From a virus (lineage: Duplodnaviria > Heunggongvirae > Uroviricota > Caudoviricetes): DNA of 64,000 nucleotides. Positions 21,701 to 30,496 of this stretch are shown in pieces. The notes beneath the pieces are model-generated. The model did not search any database and had not been told where the DNA came from. It was given only the letters and a program-made list of their open reading frames with translations. The stretch is from IMG/VR virus record IMGVR_UViG_3300047163_000032, positions 32,877-96,876 of that record; one strand, given 5' to 3'. Positions within the stretch are counted from its first letter, which is position 1; every line of letters starts with the position of its first letter. A program made the position numbers and the translations under genes.

Positions 21701-24391
21701 GGATGCTGGATTTATCTCACTCCCTCAGGGGCGGTTACGACCCCGAGCGGCGTGTCCACGTTGAACATGACCATCAACTACCCCGGCAGCAATGGCAACC
21801 ACACCATCACGGCGGGACTTGGCGGCTACTATCTGACCAACTTCTCGACGAACGCGGGAGCCGCCAATCTCGTGTTTGGCGACCCCATCGTCTACAACGA
21901 TGCGTTGAACATCGAGCTTGGCGCACAGGGCATGACCAACCAGTTTACGGGCACCACCGACGGCAGCACGGCGGTGATCCTGACATCTTCGACCTCGGCG
22001 CTCCGTATCGGTCAGACCGTTGCGGGAACAGGCATCCCCACCAACGCCACGATCACGGCTATTGTGAACGGCACCAGCATTACGATCTCGTCCAACACGA
22101 CGGTAGCGGGGACGAACCAACTCATCGCGTATCAGCCGAACTTTCAATTCGCACTCGGGACTGCGAAATACAAGCAGGACAACTACAACGGCATCTACAC
22201 GAACTCGCTCAACAGCATCTTGCCGCAGTCGTACCTCATCAAGGCATCGGGATCAAACCAGACGAATACCGATCTCTTTGGAGTCCAGCAGTTTACCGGG
22301 ACAATAGGAAACACAACCGGCATAGGCTTCGGGCCAACACCCCAATCGACGGGAAACTGGGGCGAAGTGACATGGGGTAAAGGTTCGGGATCGTCCGCCA
22401 CGAATTTCACCGGACTCAGGCAGTGGGGTACGCCAGTCGGAGCCAGCCCCTGCTATTCCAACGGTGTTTGCACCAATGACACAGGCGCACTGTTCACCTT
22501 TGGCGGATCGACCCTTGACGACCATCTCGGCAACCTGACCACCATCGGCTCCGCCACCGTTGGCACAAGTCTGACCGTTAACACCACCTCAACCTTGACG
22601 GGCAATGCCACCGTGGGCGGAACGTTGGGCGTGACCGGAAACACGACGCTGAGCGGAACGCTTGGAACCTCCGGGCTGGCGACGATGAATGGCGGAGAGC
22701 AGGTTAACGGCACTGAAACGATTGGTACCATCGTTTCGCAGCAGCCATCGGTCTTCAACGGTTCGGTGACGGTTTCCCCCACAGGAACCGCGACAAATGC
22801 GCCGTTAAACTATACCGGGAATTTTTTGAATCTTGGCTATTCCTATTACAACGGAACAGCCTCAGCCACGGCGAACTACCGCGTCAGCGCGGTGCCGTCC
22901 TCTACTTCGGTTGCAAATCCCGGCGGTATTCTCAAATTCGACGCTTCCGGCATCAGCGACACCGGAGCAAACGGTTTTGAATTCGATGGGAAACTGGGTG
23001 GAGGATTTTTATTCAGCACGGCAAGCGGCAGCTTAGCTACGCGCCAGCAAAACAGCGCGACCAATGTCGCCAGCGTCATCACCAATCAGCCATTCGTCGG
23101 ATGGTCGATGGGCGGACGCTATTGGGACGCGACGGCGGGCGGGGGAGCGGGGGCCTCAGCACTTGAGACCTGCACCCTTTCGGGAAATTTTGCGGCGGGA
23201 CTTGCCAATCCTTTGACCACCAACGTATTCAGTTGCGGAGGAACGGCGGGCGCGTCTGGCACAAGCGGCGGCAACATCTTCCAAATGAACATGCCGTTTC
23301 AAATCACCGGCGGAAGTTCCGCTTCCACATCAGCACTGTTGATTCCCTACGCGCCGTACAGCGCAGGCACAACGGCAACCAACCTGCCCAACATCCTGCA
23401 AATGCCATCGGGCACCGCAGCGACTTCGTGGAGCGCCAACGGCACCGTTTTCGGCATCGACAACAACGGCGGATTTACAGGCAACAATCTCGATTTCCAT
23501 AACAACGGCGGGGCTACCACGTTTGCGGTTGATTACGCGGGCAACGTGACAGGCCTCATCACCAATATGACCGGAACCTGCACCGCCTGCACCGCTTCGG
23601 CGGTGGGAGGAGCACTGACACTGAACAATTCCAATGCCGGTGCGGCATCCGGAACTTCTTACAACGGGTCTGCGGCGATAACGTTGAGCGCCAACACCAT
23701 AGGAGCCGGATCGCTGGCAAACGCCAACACCTGGTCTGCGGCAAACTTATTCAGCGCGGCAGGGGCAGCTTCAACACCGACGCTGAACATAACCGGAACA
23801 CCGTATGCAGGAACCAACGCCAATTCCTTCGGGGTGGTAAATATCGGATGGGGAATAGTACCGCCAACGACCAAACTGCAAACAGCAGGATCAGCAATCA
23901 CGGTTCAAGAACCGTCCGGGAGCACGGTTGATTTCTTCAATTTCCTGAACAACGGAACGCTTATGTTCCAAGCTACTGCGGCAGGAACCTTGTCAGTTTT
24001 CGGAAACGCAATCCAAAGTCCGACTTACCAAACGAAAAACTCGGGGAACATTGGATGGAGTGCCACATCGGCCATCAACGCCGCTTCAGACACAATATTG
24101 TGCCGGGGCGGAGCGGCCGGTTTGGTGACGGTAGAAAGCGCCGCGACATGCACAAACACGGTTGCGGGCGCGACAGGGCAGTTGGCGGTTGCATCGGTGC
24201 TTCCTGGAGTGCTTTACTCCGCGGCCGGGACAGCGCTTCCGACATGCGCTTCGGCTCTCAACGGAGAAACGGCAGTGGTGTCGGACGCAACTTCGCCGAC
24301 ATACATGGGCGCGTATGCGTCGGGAGGAGCTATTACGGCCGCAGTGATTTGCAGCTACAACGGAACATCCTACGGATGGAAGACGCATTAG
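15770..24391 (+). CDS. giant tail fibre / tailspike-like protein (2873 aa) with N-terminal signal peptide, Ig/CarboxypepD_reg-like segment and pectate-lyase-fold (right-handed beta-helix) domain
   Basis: MRRLLWLAVLLVFTPLARG signal-like N-terminus; AAPYNAVCDGTTDDSAAIQSAIN motif typical of pectate_lyase_3/tailspike beta-helix proteins; very long Gly/Thr/Ser-rich repetitive body. Confidence 0.7.
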   Translation: MRRLLWLAVLLVFTPLARGQGFSVYGQAYTTQGYPASNAPVRVCSITSTGIPCTPTVNIYSDIGLTNPPISNPTTTDANGNYNFFVAAPNNYTLQITAGGGQTYIYTVSAGVSSLNTVNVNNFINVMAAPYNAVCDGTTDDSAAIQSAINASQAAATPNGFPTVIIPSVCAAHGLRMSGYQQLIGNGSTTSKLILNDATANLLTVTPIYDANWLNQGQGAIKNITLAGGDSATTGTLLEIDGVQNFSIWDVDFFDNGGRGLVQNGSTERFEAHNTLFSLVRWPIISQGNTNESYYFNTKIVFSGYTYFAGTTNPYCYSEQCVNGVFPSSGTLFPSQYAQVYISGPQNVLFEGGSIKPNKYMPALQLYNGYLTENNFYIESGGQNSGQYDGGIARQYSLTAALSSASLVGTVASTLWAPSYYGSQSDLTAYGYANVEKAVIRPNDYCNAGTNDLNGNPCSTTYSDLDPGHSLGIFKATVEQVIIAGFTGTNTINFSARAQNGTTAVNWPIVGGNQPIVEEIPNGGAHLSIHNLHGHTAGGPPPPTGYTYFADDSGIYSAAEIVTGYVPDGPNGYVIYPGQPNAGRNGKALLTIYDPDMVTNLPNYPQAGKILCHSSCEVSLLGLINLSSGDPNPTPNISDNHINTGGSFLIAASYPNGQVASLDWTDANHKGLGSTNSQNPISESAVSIPAAVGTGSTLQVLNQYNIAGRGTQFPINAPTFSGGGSLPANANISFRQAYTYSAPIFSLVSGGQDYTFTEVTVSTCPNGVGFASVINGVLDGTVYFNTNGACSTGTPVVTLVNTNGGTGSGGVLSAVMGQQIGAVSPSYVVTTTSTNNQFTIPAPGADPTAAASGYYTWVGYEGYEMLPASPVQTGVASPYVVSSLVTGGTLVPSPACQTNCYPVDTFTLMFTPSNESASGMYLYHTNPVTGVTLPYFEDTYGSGLYIRGANGAALANGCLFVFNNIVQSNGTYPCTSGGGGGGATFPSTPGIVRSTSTTTSVNATAADIVGLIGTTPVQNATNATNTVEVNGAIIPASKTIVGTDSSSHIVDASSATLANNTTGNAATSTALAATPTICGSGFAAEGVLANGNAIGCTAIPVGSGSVTNVSVLNTFPGLTASIANPTTTPVLTLSPTGGLAANQVLATPNGTTGTVGLRALVPQDIPTATVNADSFVLPSDAGDYGLAINRAAASQGFSTYTGGINVGSSGVSGPFSGGTYSGTCVLGSTAQCYYPNPFVVQCSAGWHNVATPIIEQGAMVLENCSLYPVANYGSTVNGQPGVWGKPEITTLATFTQSGIGFTYQNPVYATVTTPGVGMTPATYGQQSFTGCGVTATLQYRVISATRLDIVALRPAVSGFTANCSTVVTLSGTGGSTAPVVTLANDTTAAGTIQSEDRIGSVGLGGAQKIFAAPLSSGTSTPVLMSTATISGGGVSALTTGATGLPAVATQYWAVADSSYSFSGTTDGTTGVILTSATVPFHVGQLVSGPGIPVSSLITAISAGTSITIGNNTTLAATSNLNASNGGTPGSEATALITVNSSGVVTAASVIYAGKGYLSGTTPRFTLYPGMLSIIPHLNWMGTITAGSTSICGVSSTQGLAVGQVITTTAGQTPSTGYGASANFAGGTTITSLTNPCTIGQGNGFTISANALASSVGPVGMTLANGQTWTYTATDMSVAAVIQAPSNPNAYMNTEATNVRKGVHNVVVSDPGFWALTGVQGLQVSSQDNYKLDGFSGTNLFGSCIVTGGQYMYNPQNNGTAVSGVVRDSLFWKDLECYYSGEHFSNQGEFEYVTGYQSAGTADEMNFIGINGGHIDFAQGREFVSNSYNPQNQTASTGDAGATRYFECSNCQIEPGSNVRPNITVGHTRNYNIAASDPTIEIHGNVNAFTNSFSLDPGPGKGVYEIYSGGQLGIMGGVLKATGKNVSIIGTFSTAASTVAFVSSSVGYGFPNDGTWEGIPLWVSDSSAPAGNQCLASVGCWIYLTPSGAVTTPSGVSTLNMTINYPGSNGNHTITAGLGGYYLTNFSTNAGAANLVFGDPIVYNDALNIELGAQGMTNQFTGTTDGSTAVILTSSTSALRIGQTVAGTGIPTNATITAIVNGTSITISSNTTVAGTNQLIAYQPNFQFALGTAKYKQDNYNGIYTNSLNSILPQSYLIKASGSNQTNTDLFGVQQFTGTIGNTTGIGFGPTPQSTGNWGEVTWGKGSGSSATNFTGLRQWGTPVGASPCYSNGVCTNDTGALFTFGGSTLDDHLGNLTTIGSATVGTSLTVNTTSTLTGNATVGGTLGVTGNTTLSGTLGTSGLATMNGGEQVNGTETIGTIVSQQPSVFNGSVTVSPTGTATNAPLNYTGNFLNLGYSYYNGTASATANYRVSAVPSSTSVANPGGILKFDASGISDTGANGFEFDGKLGGGFLFSTASGSLATRQQNSATNVASVITNQPFVGWSMGGRYWDATAGGGAGASALETCTLSGNFAAGLANPLTTNVFSCGGTAGASGTSGGNIFQMNMPFQITGGSSASTSALLIPYAPYSAGTTATNLPNILQMPSGTAATSWSANGTVFGIDNNGGFTGNNLDFHNNGGATTFAVDYAGNVTGLITNMTGTCTACTASAVGGALTLNNSNAGAASGTSYNGSAAITLSANTIGAGSLANANTWSAANLFSAAGAASTPTLNITGTPYAGTNANSFGVVNIGWGIVPPTTKLQTAGSAITVQEPSGSTVDFFNFLNNGTLMFQATAAGTLSVFGNAIQSPTYQTKNSGNIGWSATSAINAASDTILCRGGAAGLVTVESAATCTNTVAGATGQLAVASVLPGVLYSAAGTALPTCASALNGETAVVSDATSPTYMGAYASGGAITAAVICSYNGTSYGWKTH

Positions 24392-24475
24392 AACTTGGCG
24401 GTACAGCACAGACCTCGCGATGAGCGTAGTCATAAACCAGCGGAAGGGCAATGAGCCGCCACATGCGGAACGACC

Positions 24476-24862
24476 ATGCCACTAGATGAAAAAGATAAGT
24501 ACGAGGTAAAAGACATGATTCGTGCGGAAATGGACGTTTTCCATAGGCGAGAAGTCTTCCCCGTTCTTGCGAGAGTTGAAGAAAAAACGGACAAGAACGG
24601 CGAGGCGCTTCAGGAACTTCTGTGGCGCACCGACGAGCGCAAAAAAGCTCAGGACGAAGCCAAGCGCGATAATGAAAACCTCCGACAATCTCAGATTGAC
24701 GCGGAATTGGCTAAGACGGGAAAGCAAAACTGGATATTGGGATTGCTTGCTTTGGTCGTTGCCATCCTTACGTTGATCGTCGGCTACGCGGCTTATCGTG
24801 TGGCGGTCGATCCCCATTCTCCAGTGATCGGACACGACCCAAGCATAGGATTGACGCCATGA
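24476..24862 (+). CDS. hypothetical membrane-anchored coiled-coil protein (C-terminal TM)
   Basis: NWILGLLALVVAILTLIVGYAAY hydrophobic segment. Confidence 0.4.
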   Translation: MPLDEKDKYEVKDMIRAEMDVFHRREVFPVLARVEEKTDKNGEALQELLWRTDERKKAQDEAKRDNENLRQSQIDAELAKTGKQNWILGLLALVVAILTLIVGYAAYRVAVDPHSPVIGHDPSIGLTP

Positions 24863-25080
24863 GCGATCTGGTCACCATAGCCATCATTACCACGGTAGGG
24901 GTAATTGTCACCGCCGTGCTGAAAACCGGACAGGACAAAATCAGGCAAGGGCAGGAAAAAGCAGATGCCCATACAATCAATTTTATGTTGACTATCGACG
25001 GGAAAATGGAGCAATTGATTGATGCTAAGGTGCGAACGGCGCACCTCGAAGGAATGGAAGAGCAGAGAAAATTGGAGTAA
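24859..25080 (+). CDS. small membrane protein (N-terminal TM), holin-like
   Basis: LVTIAIITTVGVIVTAVL. Confidence 0.35.
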   Translation: MSDLVTIAIITTVGVIVTAVLKTGQDKIRQGQEKADAHTINFMLTIDGKMEQLIDAKVRTAHLEGMEEQRKLE

Positions 25081-25244
25081 GGAGACGACTATGACCGCCG
25101 AAACCGCACCGCCGAGACCGCGCAACCCAAAGTATCCGGCACCGCAGCCGAAACCAATTCCCTGCGATGAACCCGCTTACGAGTCTACCGATGACGAACT
25201 CGACGAGATTGAAATTGAATCCAAAAAATAGGAAGTGAAGAAAG

Positions 25245-25625
25245 ATGGATCAACTAGCATCACAATTCACGCTTGCCGCTATGGTTTCTTTTGCTCTCCA
25301 GTGGCTCAAGGCCCAACCGTGGTTTCCTTGGGTGACGGTGGAAACCCAAAAGATCAACCGGGCTACCTCAATCGCTTTAGCCGCGCTTTCAGGCGTTGGT
25401 ATCTTTGTGACGTGGAACCATGATGCCGGAACCTTGATGATCTCTGGGTTGAAGGCCGCTAATTTGTGGCACGTTGGCGTTAAAGTTGTTCAGCAGTTTG
25501 CGATGCAGCATGTGCTATACAAAGCTGTGATCGCTCCTCCAATACCGGGAGTGATGCAATCGGAGGGAAGCACACGGCTTGGGCTGGCAAAACCAGAGGT
25601 CGATATTTCGCCTGAAAAGAAGTAA
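25245..25625 (+). CDS. membrane protein with 2-3 TM segments, holin-like
   Basis: Hydrophobic stretches FTLAAMVSFALQWL and IALAALSGVGIFV. Confidence 0.35.
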   Translation: MDQLASQFTLAAMVSFALQWLKAQPWFPWVTVETQKINRATSIALAALSGVGIFVTWNHDAGTLMISGLKAANLWHVGVKVVQQFAMQHVLYKAVIAPPIPGVMQSEGSTRLGLAKPEVDISPEKK

Positions 25626-25637
25626 GGAAAGGTTCAA

Positions 25638-26330
25638 GTGGCAACGATCAACGATTTGGCAAGCAGAGTTCTCATGCGGTTGGAGGAAGACCCTTTGACC
25701 AATGGAGAATTTTGGAAGCGCCAACCGGAAATCTATCCGTTGATCGTCGAAGCCATGAATGAGGCGGCGCTAATAACCGGGTACGTTCAAACGGTAAGCC
25801 AGCAGTTCACCATCCCGGCCAGCACGAATTATGTCGCAATGCCGAAGGGTTGGATTTCAATACTTACCATCCGGGGGCCTCAGGCTGTCAGAAAAACCGA
25901 AATCTATGCGCTCGACAAGTTGATGCCGGGATGGGAGGGAGTTGGAGGCGCTTCGGCCTTACCCCCGGTGGCACAGATTCAGAGTTGGTTTCCTGTGGGC
26001 TTGACTGCTTTCGGGGTCTATCCGCAGCTTACCGTGCCCCAGCAGGTAATCATCACGGCTTTGGCGTACCCTGTGATCGTAGCGCCGCCGTACACCGGAA
26101 CCGAGATAGTGCCGTTCACGACAGAGTATCTGGACGGCATTGAGTCCTATGCGGCATCTTGCGCCAGATACAAAGAGGCCGGGTTGGAGATGGAAACAGC
26201 CAGTGCCGAATATCAGCAGTTCTTGACCACGATGAAAGAATTGAGCGGGTGGATGGACAGGCATGACACATTGGTGTTTAGCCGCTCGGTTGGATCGCCT
26301 GTCCGAATTAACCCCACGATGGTGAAGTAA
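25638..26330 (+). CDS. hypothetical structural protein
   Basis: ORF track, 230 aa. Confidence 0.45.
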   Translation: MATINDLASRVLMRLEEDPLTNGEFWKRQPEIYPLIVEAMNEAALITGYVQTVSQQFTIPASTNYVAMPKGWISILTIRGPQAVRKTEIYALDKLMPGWEGVGGASALPPVAQIQSWFPVGLTAFGVYPQLTVPQQVIITALAYPVIVAPPYTGTEIVPFTTEYLDGIESYAASCARYKEAGLEMETASAEYQQFLTTMKELSGWMDRHDTLVFSRSVGSPVRINPTMVK

Positions 26331-27208
26331 TGGCGACAACCGGGACTGGTTACCTTACGGCGAACAGCGTCTTGACGGACATTAGCTTCACCTTGGTCGA
26401 GCCGGTGGTGAACGCTCAATTCAGCGCTCCGGTAACTGTCGGTCAGGTAGTTGCCGTTCCCACCAGCATGACAGGGATATACCAAGGGGCAATGCTCGTT
26501 GTTGGAGCCGGAGCATCCCTTGAGATTGTGACGGTCGCGTTTGTTTCAGGGCTGACGTTTGGGGCCACTTTCACGAAAGCCCACGCGACGAGCGAACCGA
26601 TTGTTGGAGCGACATTTCCGACTTGCCAGACGCAGGATGAATTTTTTACTCAATCCGAGGCGTTGACGTATCTTGCGGAGGCCCAGAACGATTACTTGTC
26701 GAGGGTCAAATGCGTATTCAACACGGTGACGCAGAGCTTCAAGGGAACCCAGACCATCCAACCGTATCCTCTGGACTGCATCCAGTTGCAGCGGGTTGCG
26801 GTCAACAACGTGGCTCTCAGGGAACAACCGCAAAGTTCTCTTGACTTGATTCAGCCAAATTGGGCGCAGTCCGGTTTTGGCAATCCAAAAATCTGGTATG
26901 AGGATCGGACAGGTTATTTGAACTATGGTGTGTGGCCTTCGCCCGGCAACGCCTTCAATGCGGAGGTGCTGTACGCTCAGAGAGACACGGTGCCGCTTGG
27001 GTTGAACGACGGTTTTCTGTTGCCCGATCCATTCGTCACCAGTTATATCAAGTACGGGTGTCTTGCGAAGATGTTCGCGAAAGACGGACAACAGGCCGAT
27101 CCCTCAAGAACAAAATTTTTCACGCAACGGTTTGAGTCGGGAATCGAAGTTGGGGCGAAGTTTTTAGCGATGACGCAAGGGCCGACGCAGGATATCGAAA
27201 ATGGATAG
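26330..27208 (+). CDS. hypothetical structural protein
   Basis: ORF track, start overlaps upstream stop. Confidence 0.45.
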   Translation: MATTGTGYLTANSVLTDISFTLVEPVVNAQFSAPVTVGQVVAVPTSMTGIYQGAMLVVGAGASLEIVTVAFVSGLTFGATFTKAHATSEPIVGATFPTCQTQDEFFTQSEALTYLAEAQNDYLSRVKCVFNTVTQSFKGTQTIQPYPLDCIQLQRVAVNNVALREQPQSSLDLIQPNWAQSGFGNPKIWYEDRTGYLNYGVWPSPGNAFNAEVLYAQRDTVPLGLNDGFLLPDPFVTSYIKYGCLAKMFAKDGQQADPSRTKFFTQRFESGIEVGAKFLAMTQGPTQDIENG

Positions 27209-30200
27209 TGCCTATCAGCTATTTTCCACCAAACTCGAAAGCAAAGGAATCAACGCCCGCAATGTAAACGACTCGTTGCCTGCGGGTTTTTTCCTAAACC
27301 TAGACAATTGGACTGAACTTTCCGAGGATGCGCTATCGTCCCGTCTTGGTTCAATCATCGTGAACCGCACAGGAAGCACGATTAACGCGCTTCCAGCGCC
27401 CGTCCATTCGCTCGCCAAGCTATCAGGCTACCAACCCAGCGCGTGGAGGTACGCGGGGGCAGGAAACGTGCTTTACAGGCGAACAGGGACGAGTCAGGGG
27501 CCATACACGTCATTGGCTACCGGGATGAGCGGAAATCCGTGGTCATCTGCGGTCTACAGGCCGAATTTGTCGAGCTACCCATACATCTTCATCGCGGACT
27601 CCGCGAAGATGCTCAAAGACAATGGGACAACCGGAGCGCAGCAGTGGGGGATATTCCAGCCTCAGACTCCGGTTCAGGCTCAGGCTCAGGCTCCGATGAC
27701 GAATCAACTGGATGCGTTTACAGGAACGTCGTACACGACATCGAACGCTTCGATTGCTACCGCCGGACCAGGTTCCGACGGCAACATCAACACTGTCACG
27801 ACCTCTGCAATTGTGGCCGGGTTGAACACGGTAACGGTTGCGAACCCCAGTCAAAGGATTCAGATGTTTCAGCTTCTTTTGGTTGGATCGGAGACGGTGT
27901 TGGTGTGCGGTTTAACGCCTACAGGGTTTGTTGCCAACTTCGTTAACGTTCATGCAATTGGAACCAGCGTAACCTCCAAGTCTCTTGAGATCACGGTGAA
28001 TGCCAACGCAACGGGGACAGTTACAAAAACCGGAGCGTTAAACCTCAGCGTATTTTCAGGGGGAGAGCTCGTTCAGGAGGAAGACTACATCGGCATATAC
28101 TTCAACGCCGGGGTCAATCCGAACAGCATTTCCCAAATAGCGATCAGTTTCGACGTGTCGGACGGATCGTTCACGCAGAACTACTTCACCAAGATAATTG
28201 CGCCTTCGGTGCTTGAGCCGTCCATAGCGGGAACTTCCTCTGCAACCGATGCGATCACGCAATCTGTTTACGCAAGCACCATCGGCATCTACGGCGCGGC
28301 GAACGGTTCGGTTTATCCGTTGAATACGGCGGCCTCGTGGACAAACATTCTTTTGCAGATGACCGACTTCGAGGGGGTTGGACAGGCGGACTTCAACGAC
28401 CCCGTCTTCAATTGGTCAAACGTTAAGGCGTATCAAATCTCCATCACCACCAATTCCAATTCTTCGGTATCCATGTTTGCGGCAAGTCTGGTGCAATTTG
28501 GAGGGGCTGGGCCGGACAGTTTCGGTGGTGTTTCCTACGACTGGCTGTACACCTATTACAACGCGGTGACCGGGTGGGAATCGAATCCGTGCATGTTCAT
28601 GTCTAATGTCAATCCTCCGACGCAAACGACCTACATCACGCCCCGCCGCCAACCGGTGACACTAACGGTTGTTCCATCGACAGACCCGCAGGTCACCAAC
28701 ATTCGCATTTACCGAAGAGGCGGTTCCCTTGAAGACAATTTCCGAAGAGTGGATCAGATTGCGGCGGCATCCACAACCTACACGGACACGGCTTCAGACG
28801 CAGATATTCAAGGGTCGGCTTTTATTTCCTTCACCAACGATGTCCCGGTTACCTCAACGCTTCCGGTTCCCGTCGTCACAACGTTCACGACGGCGGTGAC
28901 TCCAACCGGAACCGGGCAGGTGTTGGCGGTTACCCCGACCAGCATGACCAACATCTCGGTAAACCAGCAGGTGACGCTGGGAAGCGATATCGACCCGAAT
29001 CAGGAAATTGTTGTTGTGCAATCCATTACAGGGACGACGTTCACGGCTTTCATTCAAAATGCTCATAAGGTTGGCGATCCAATTGAAGCTGAATCGGTCT
29101 ACGGCCAGCCGGTGAACGGATGCGTTGAGGCATTCAACCAGATTTGGCTGTGGGGCGATCCTAACAATCCGCACTATGTCTACTATTCCGGCAAGTCTTC
29201 CCCTGAAGGATTTAGTTCTGCGGCGTTCATTGAAATCGGAACTCCGGACAATGCGGTGACTGCGGTGGTCGAGTATGCGGGGACTCTTTTTGTTCGCACG
29301 CTGGAATATTGGCAGGCTGTGGCTCCGGGTTCTCAGGCGGGTCAAAGCCCAACCCCTTATCCAACACAGACGGCGCATGGCGGGCCGGGATTAAACGGTT
29401 TGGTCAAAACCGAAAAGGGGATATGGAACCAAGCGCTTGACGGTTTGAGGGTGTTCGACGGGTCATCGGCCAACTACGCCACGCTTGACGTGGAATTTCT
29501 CTTCCAGCCGCAGGAAAACGGGATCACCCCCATTGAGGAGGCCGACCCAACCCAGTTTGCTTTGACCGCTATGGCGTACTACAACAACGTCATCTACGCC
29601 GCGTACACCGGATTGGACGGAAACCGCTATCGATTGAACCACCATCAGATTTACAACCGCTTTAGAAATGACTCTGTGCCAGCGACCGTGATGCTGGTCG
29701 AGCAGGACACCAACACGCTGCTATGGGGCGATGCGAACGGGCTTATCCATCAGGATCAAATCGGGTTTTACGACGAGGCGAATCTTGCCGGGGCGCTCAT
29801 AACCGGGTCGATCCCGCTCAACATGCAAAGCGCCTACATGGACCAAGGAGCGCCGAGAAATCTTAAGCAGTACCAGAACCTCAATCTCGACATCAATACC
29901 GGGAACCAGACCCTTACGGTCACGCTGTTGTTCGACGACGGACAGGGAAACATCGTATCGGTTGCGAATGATTTCAGCACTCCAACCCGTCAGAAGATCA
30001 ACATTCCGATCAACGGGGAGTTTGGTCAGACCGGATACAGGGCATCGGTGCAGATCACCGGAAATGTCACCCAGCAGGTGGTGATTTACCAGATCGCCAT
30101 CGAGGGTTTGGTGCTGGCGGAGGCGCGAAGGGTTTGGGACACCTATTTCCAGACAGATGATATTCTCGATTCCAAGATCGCCAAGGATGCGTTTATCGAG

Positions 30201-30446
30201 TACACGGCCAGCCAGCCGATTGCCCTTTCGATCTATTACGATCAAGGGGAAGTCCCGGTTTTCAATATCACGCTTCCGGCTTCACGAAGGATTTCCACCC
30301 GTTTTCGGTTGCCAGCGGTGAAGTTTCGGCTTAGAAGAGTATTAGCGATAAGCGCGGCGGACTTCCAAGTCTGGCAGTCCGACATCCGGATCAAGCCGGT
30401 TTTGAGTACCAGCGGTTATCAGAAGAGACCGCTGTTGACCTCGTAG
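27201..30446 (+). CDS. large tail structural protein (1081 aa)
   Basis: ORF track; size, Thr/Ser/Gly-rich composition, position in tail module. Confidence 0.55.
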   Translation: MDSAYQLFSTKLESKGINARNVNDSLPAGFFLNLDNWTELSEDALSSRLGSIIVNRTGSTINALPAPVHSLAKLSGYQPSAWRYAGAGNVLYRRTGTSQGPYTSLATGMSGNPWSSAVYRPNLSSYPYIFIADSAKMLKDNGTTGAQQWGIFQPQTPVQAQAQAPMTNQLDAFTGTSYTTSNASIATAGPGSDGNINTVTTSAIVAGLNTVTVANPSQRIQMFQLLLVGSETVLVCGLTPTGFVANFVNVHAIGTSVTSKSLEITVNANATGTVTKTGALNLSVFSGGELVQEEDYIGIYFNAGVNPNSISQIAISFDVSDGSFTQNYFTKIIAPSVLEPSIAGTSSATDAITQSVYASTIGIYGAANGSVYPLNTAASWTNILLQMTDFEGVGQADFNDPVFNWSNVKAYQISITTNSNSSVSMFAASLVQFGGAGPDSFGGVSYDWLYTYYNAVTGWESNPCMFMSNVNPPTQTTYITPRRQPVTLTVVPSTDPQVTNIRIYRRGGSLEDNFRRVDQIAAASTTYTDTASDADIQGSAFISFTNDVPVTSTLPVPVVTTFTTAVTPTGTGQVLAVTPTSMTNISVNQQVTLGSDIDPNQEIVVVQSITGTTFTAFIQNAHKVGDPIEAESVYGQPVNGCVEAFNQIWLWGDPNNPHYVYYSGKSSPEGFSSAAFIEIGTPDNAVTAVVEYAGTLFVRTLEYWQAVAPGSQAGQSPTPYPTQTAHGGPGLNGLVKTEKGIWNQALDGLRVFDGSSANYATLDVEFLFQPQENGITPIEEADPTQFALTAMAYYNNVIYAAYTGLDGNRYRLNHHQIYNRFRNDSVPATVMLVEQDTNTLLWGDANGLIHQDQIGFYDEANLAGALITGSIPLNMQSAYMDQGAPRNLKQYQNLNLDINTGNQTLTVTLLFDDGQGNIVSVANDFSTPTRQKINIPINGEFGQTGYRASVQITGNVTQQVVIYQIAIEGLVLAEARRVWDTYFQTDDILDSKIAKDAFIEYTASQPIALSIYYDQGEVPVFNITLPASRRISTRFRLPAVKFRLRRVLAISAADFQVWQSDIRIKPVLSTSGYQKRPLLTS

Positions 30447-30496
30447 ATTAAGTAGGATAGGGGTGTCGAGCGTTCTAGCGGAAAGAGTGAGACCGA

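Noticed and set aside
20720-22380. Alternative-frame ORFs of 231-249 aa inside the 2873-aa fibre gene (both strands)
   Set aside because: They are Arg/His-rich and low-complexity, lie fully inside a much longer well-behaved frame, and are typical shadow ORFs of high-GC sequence.
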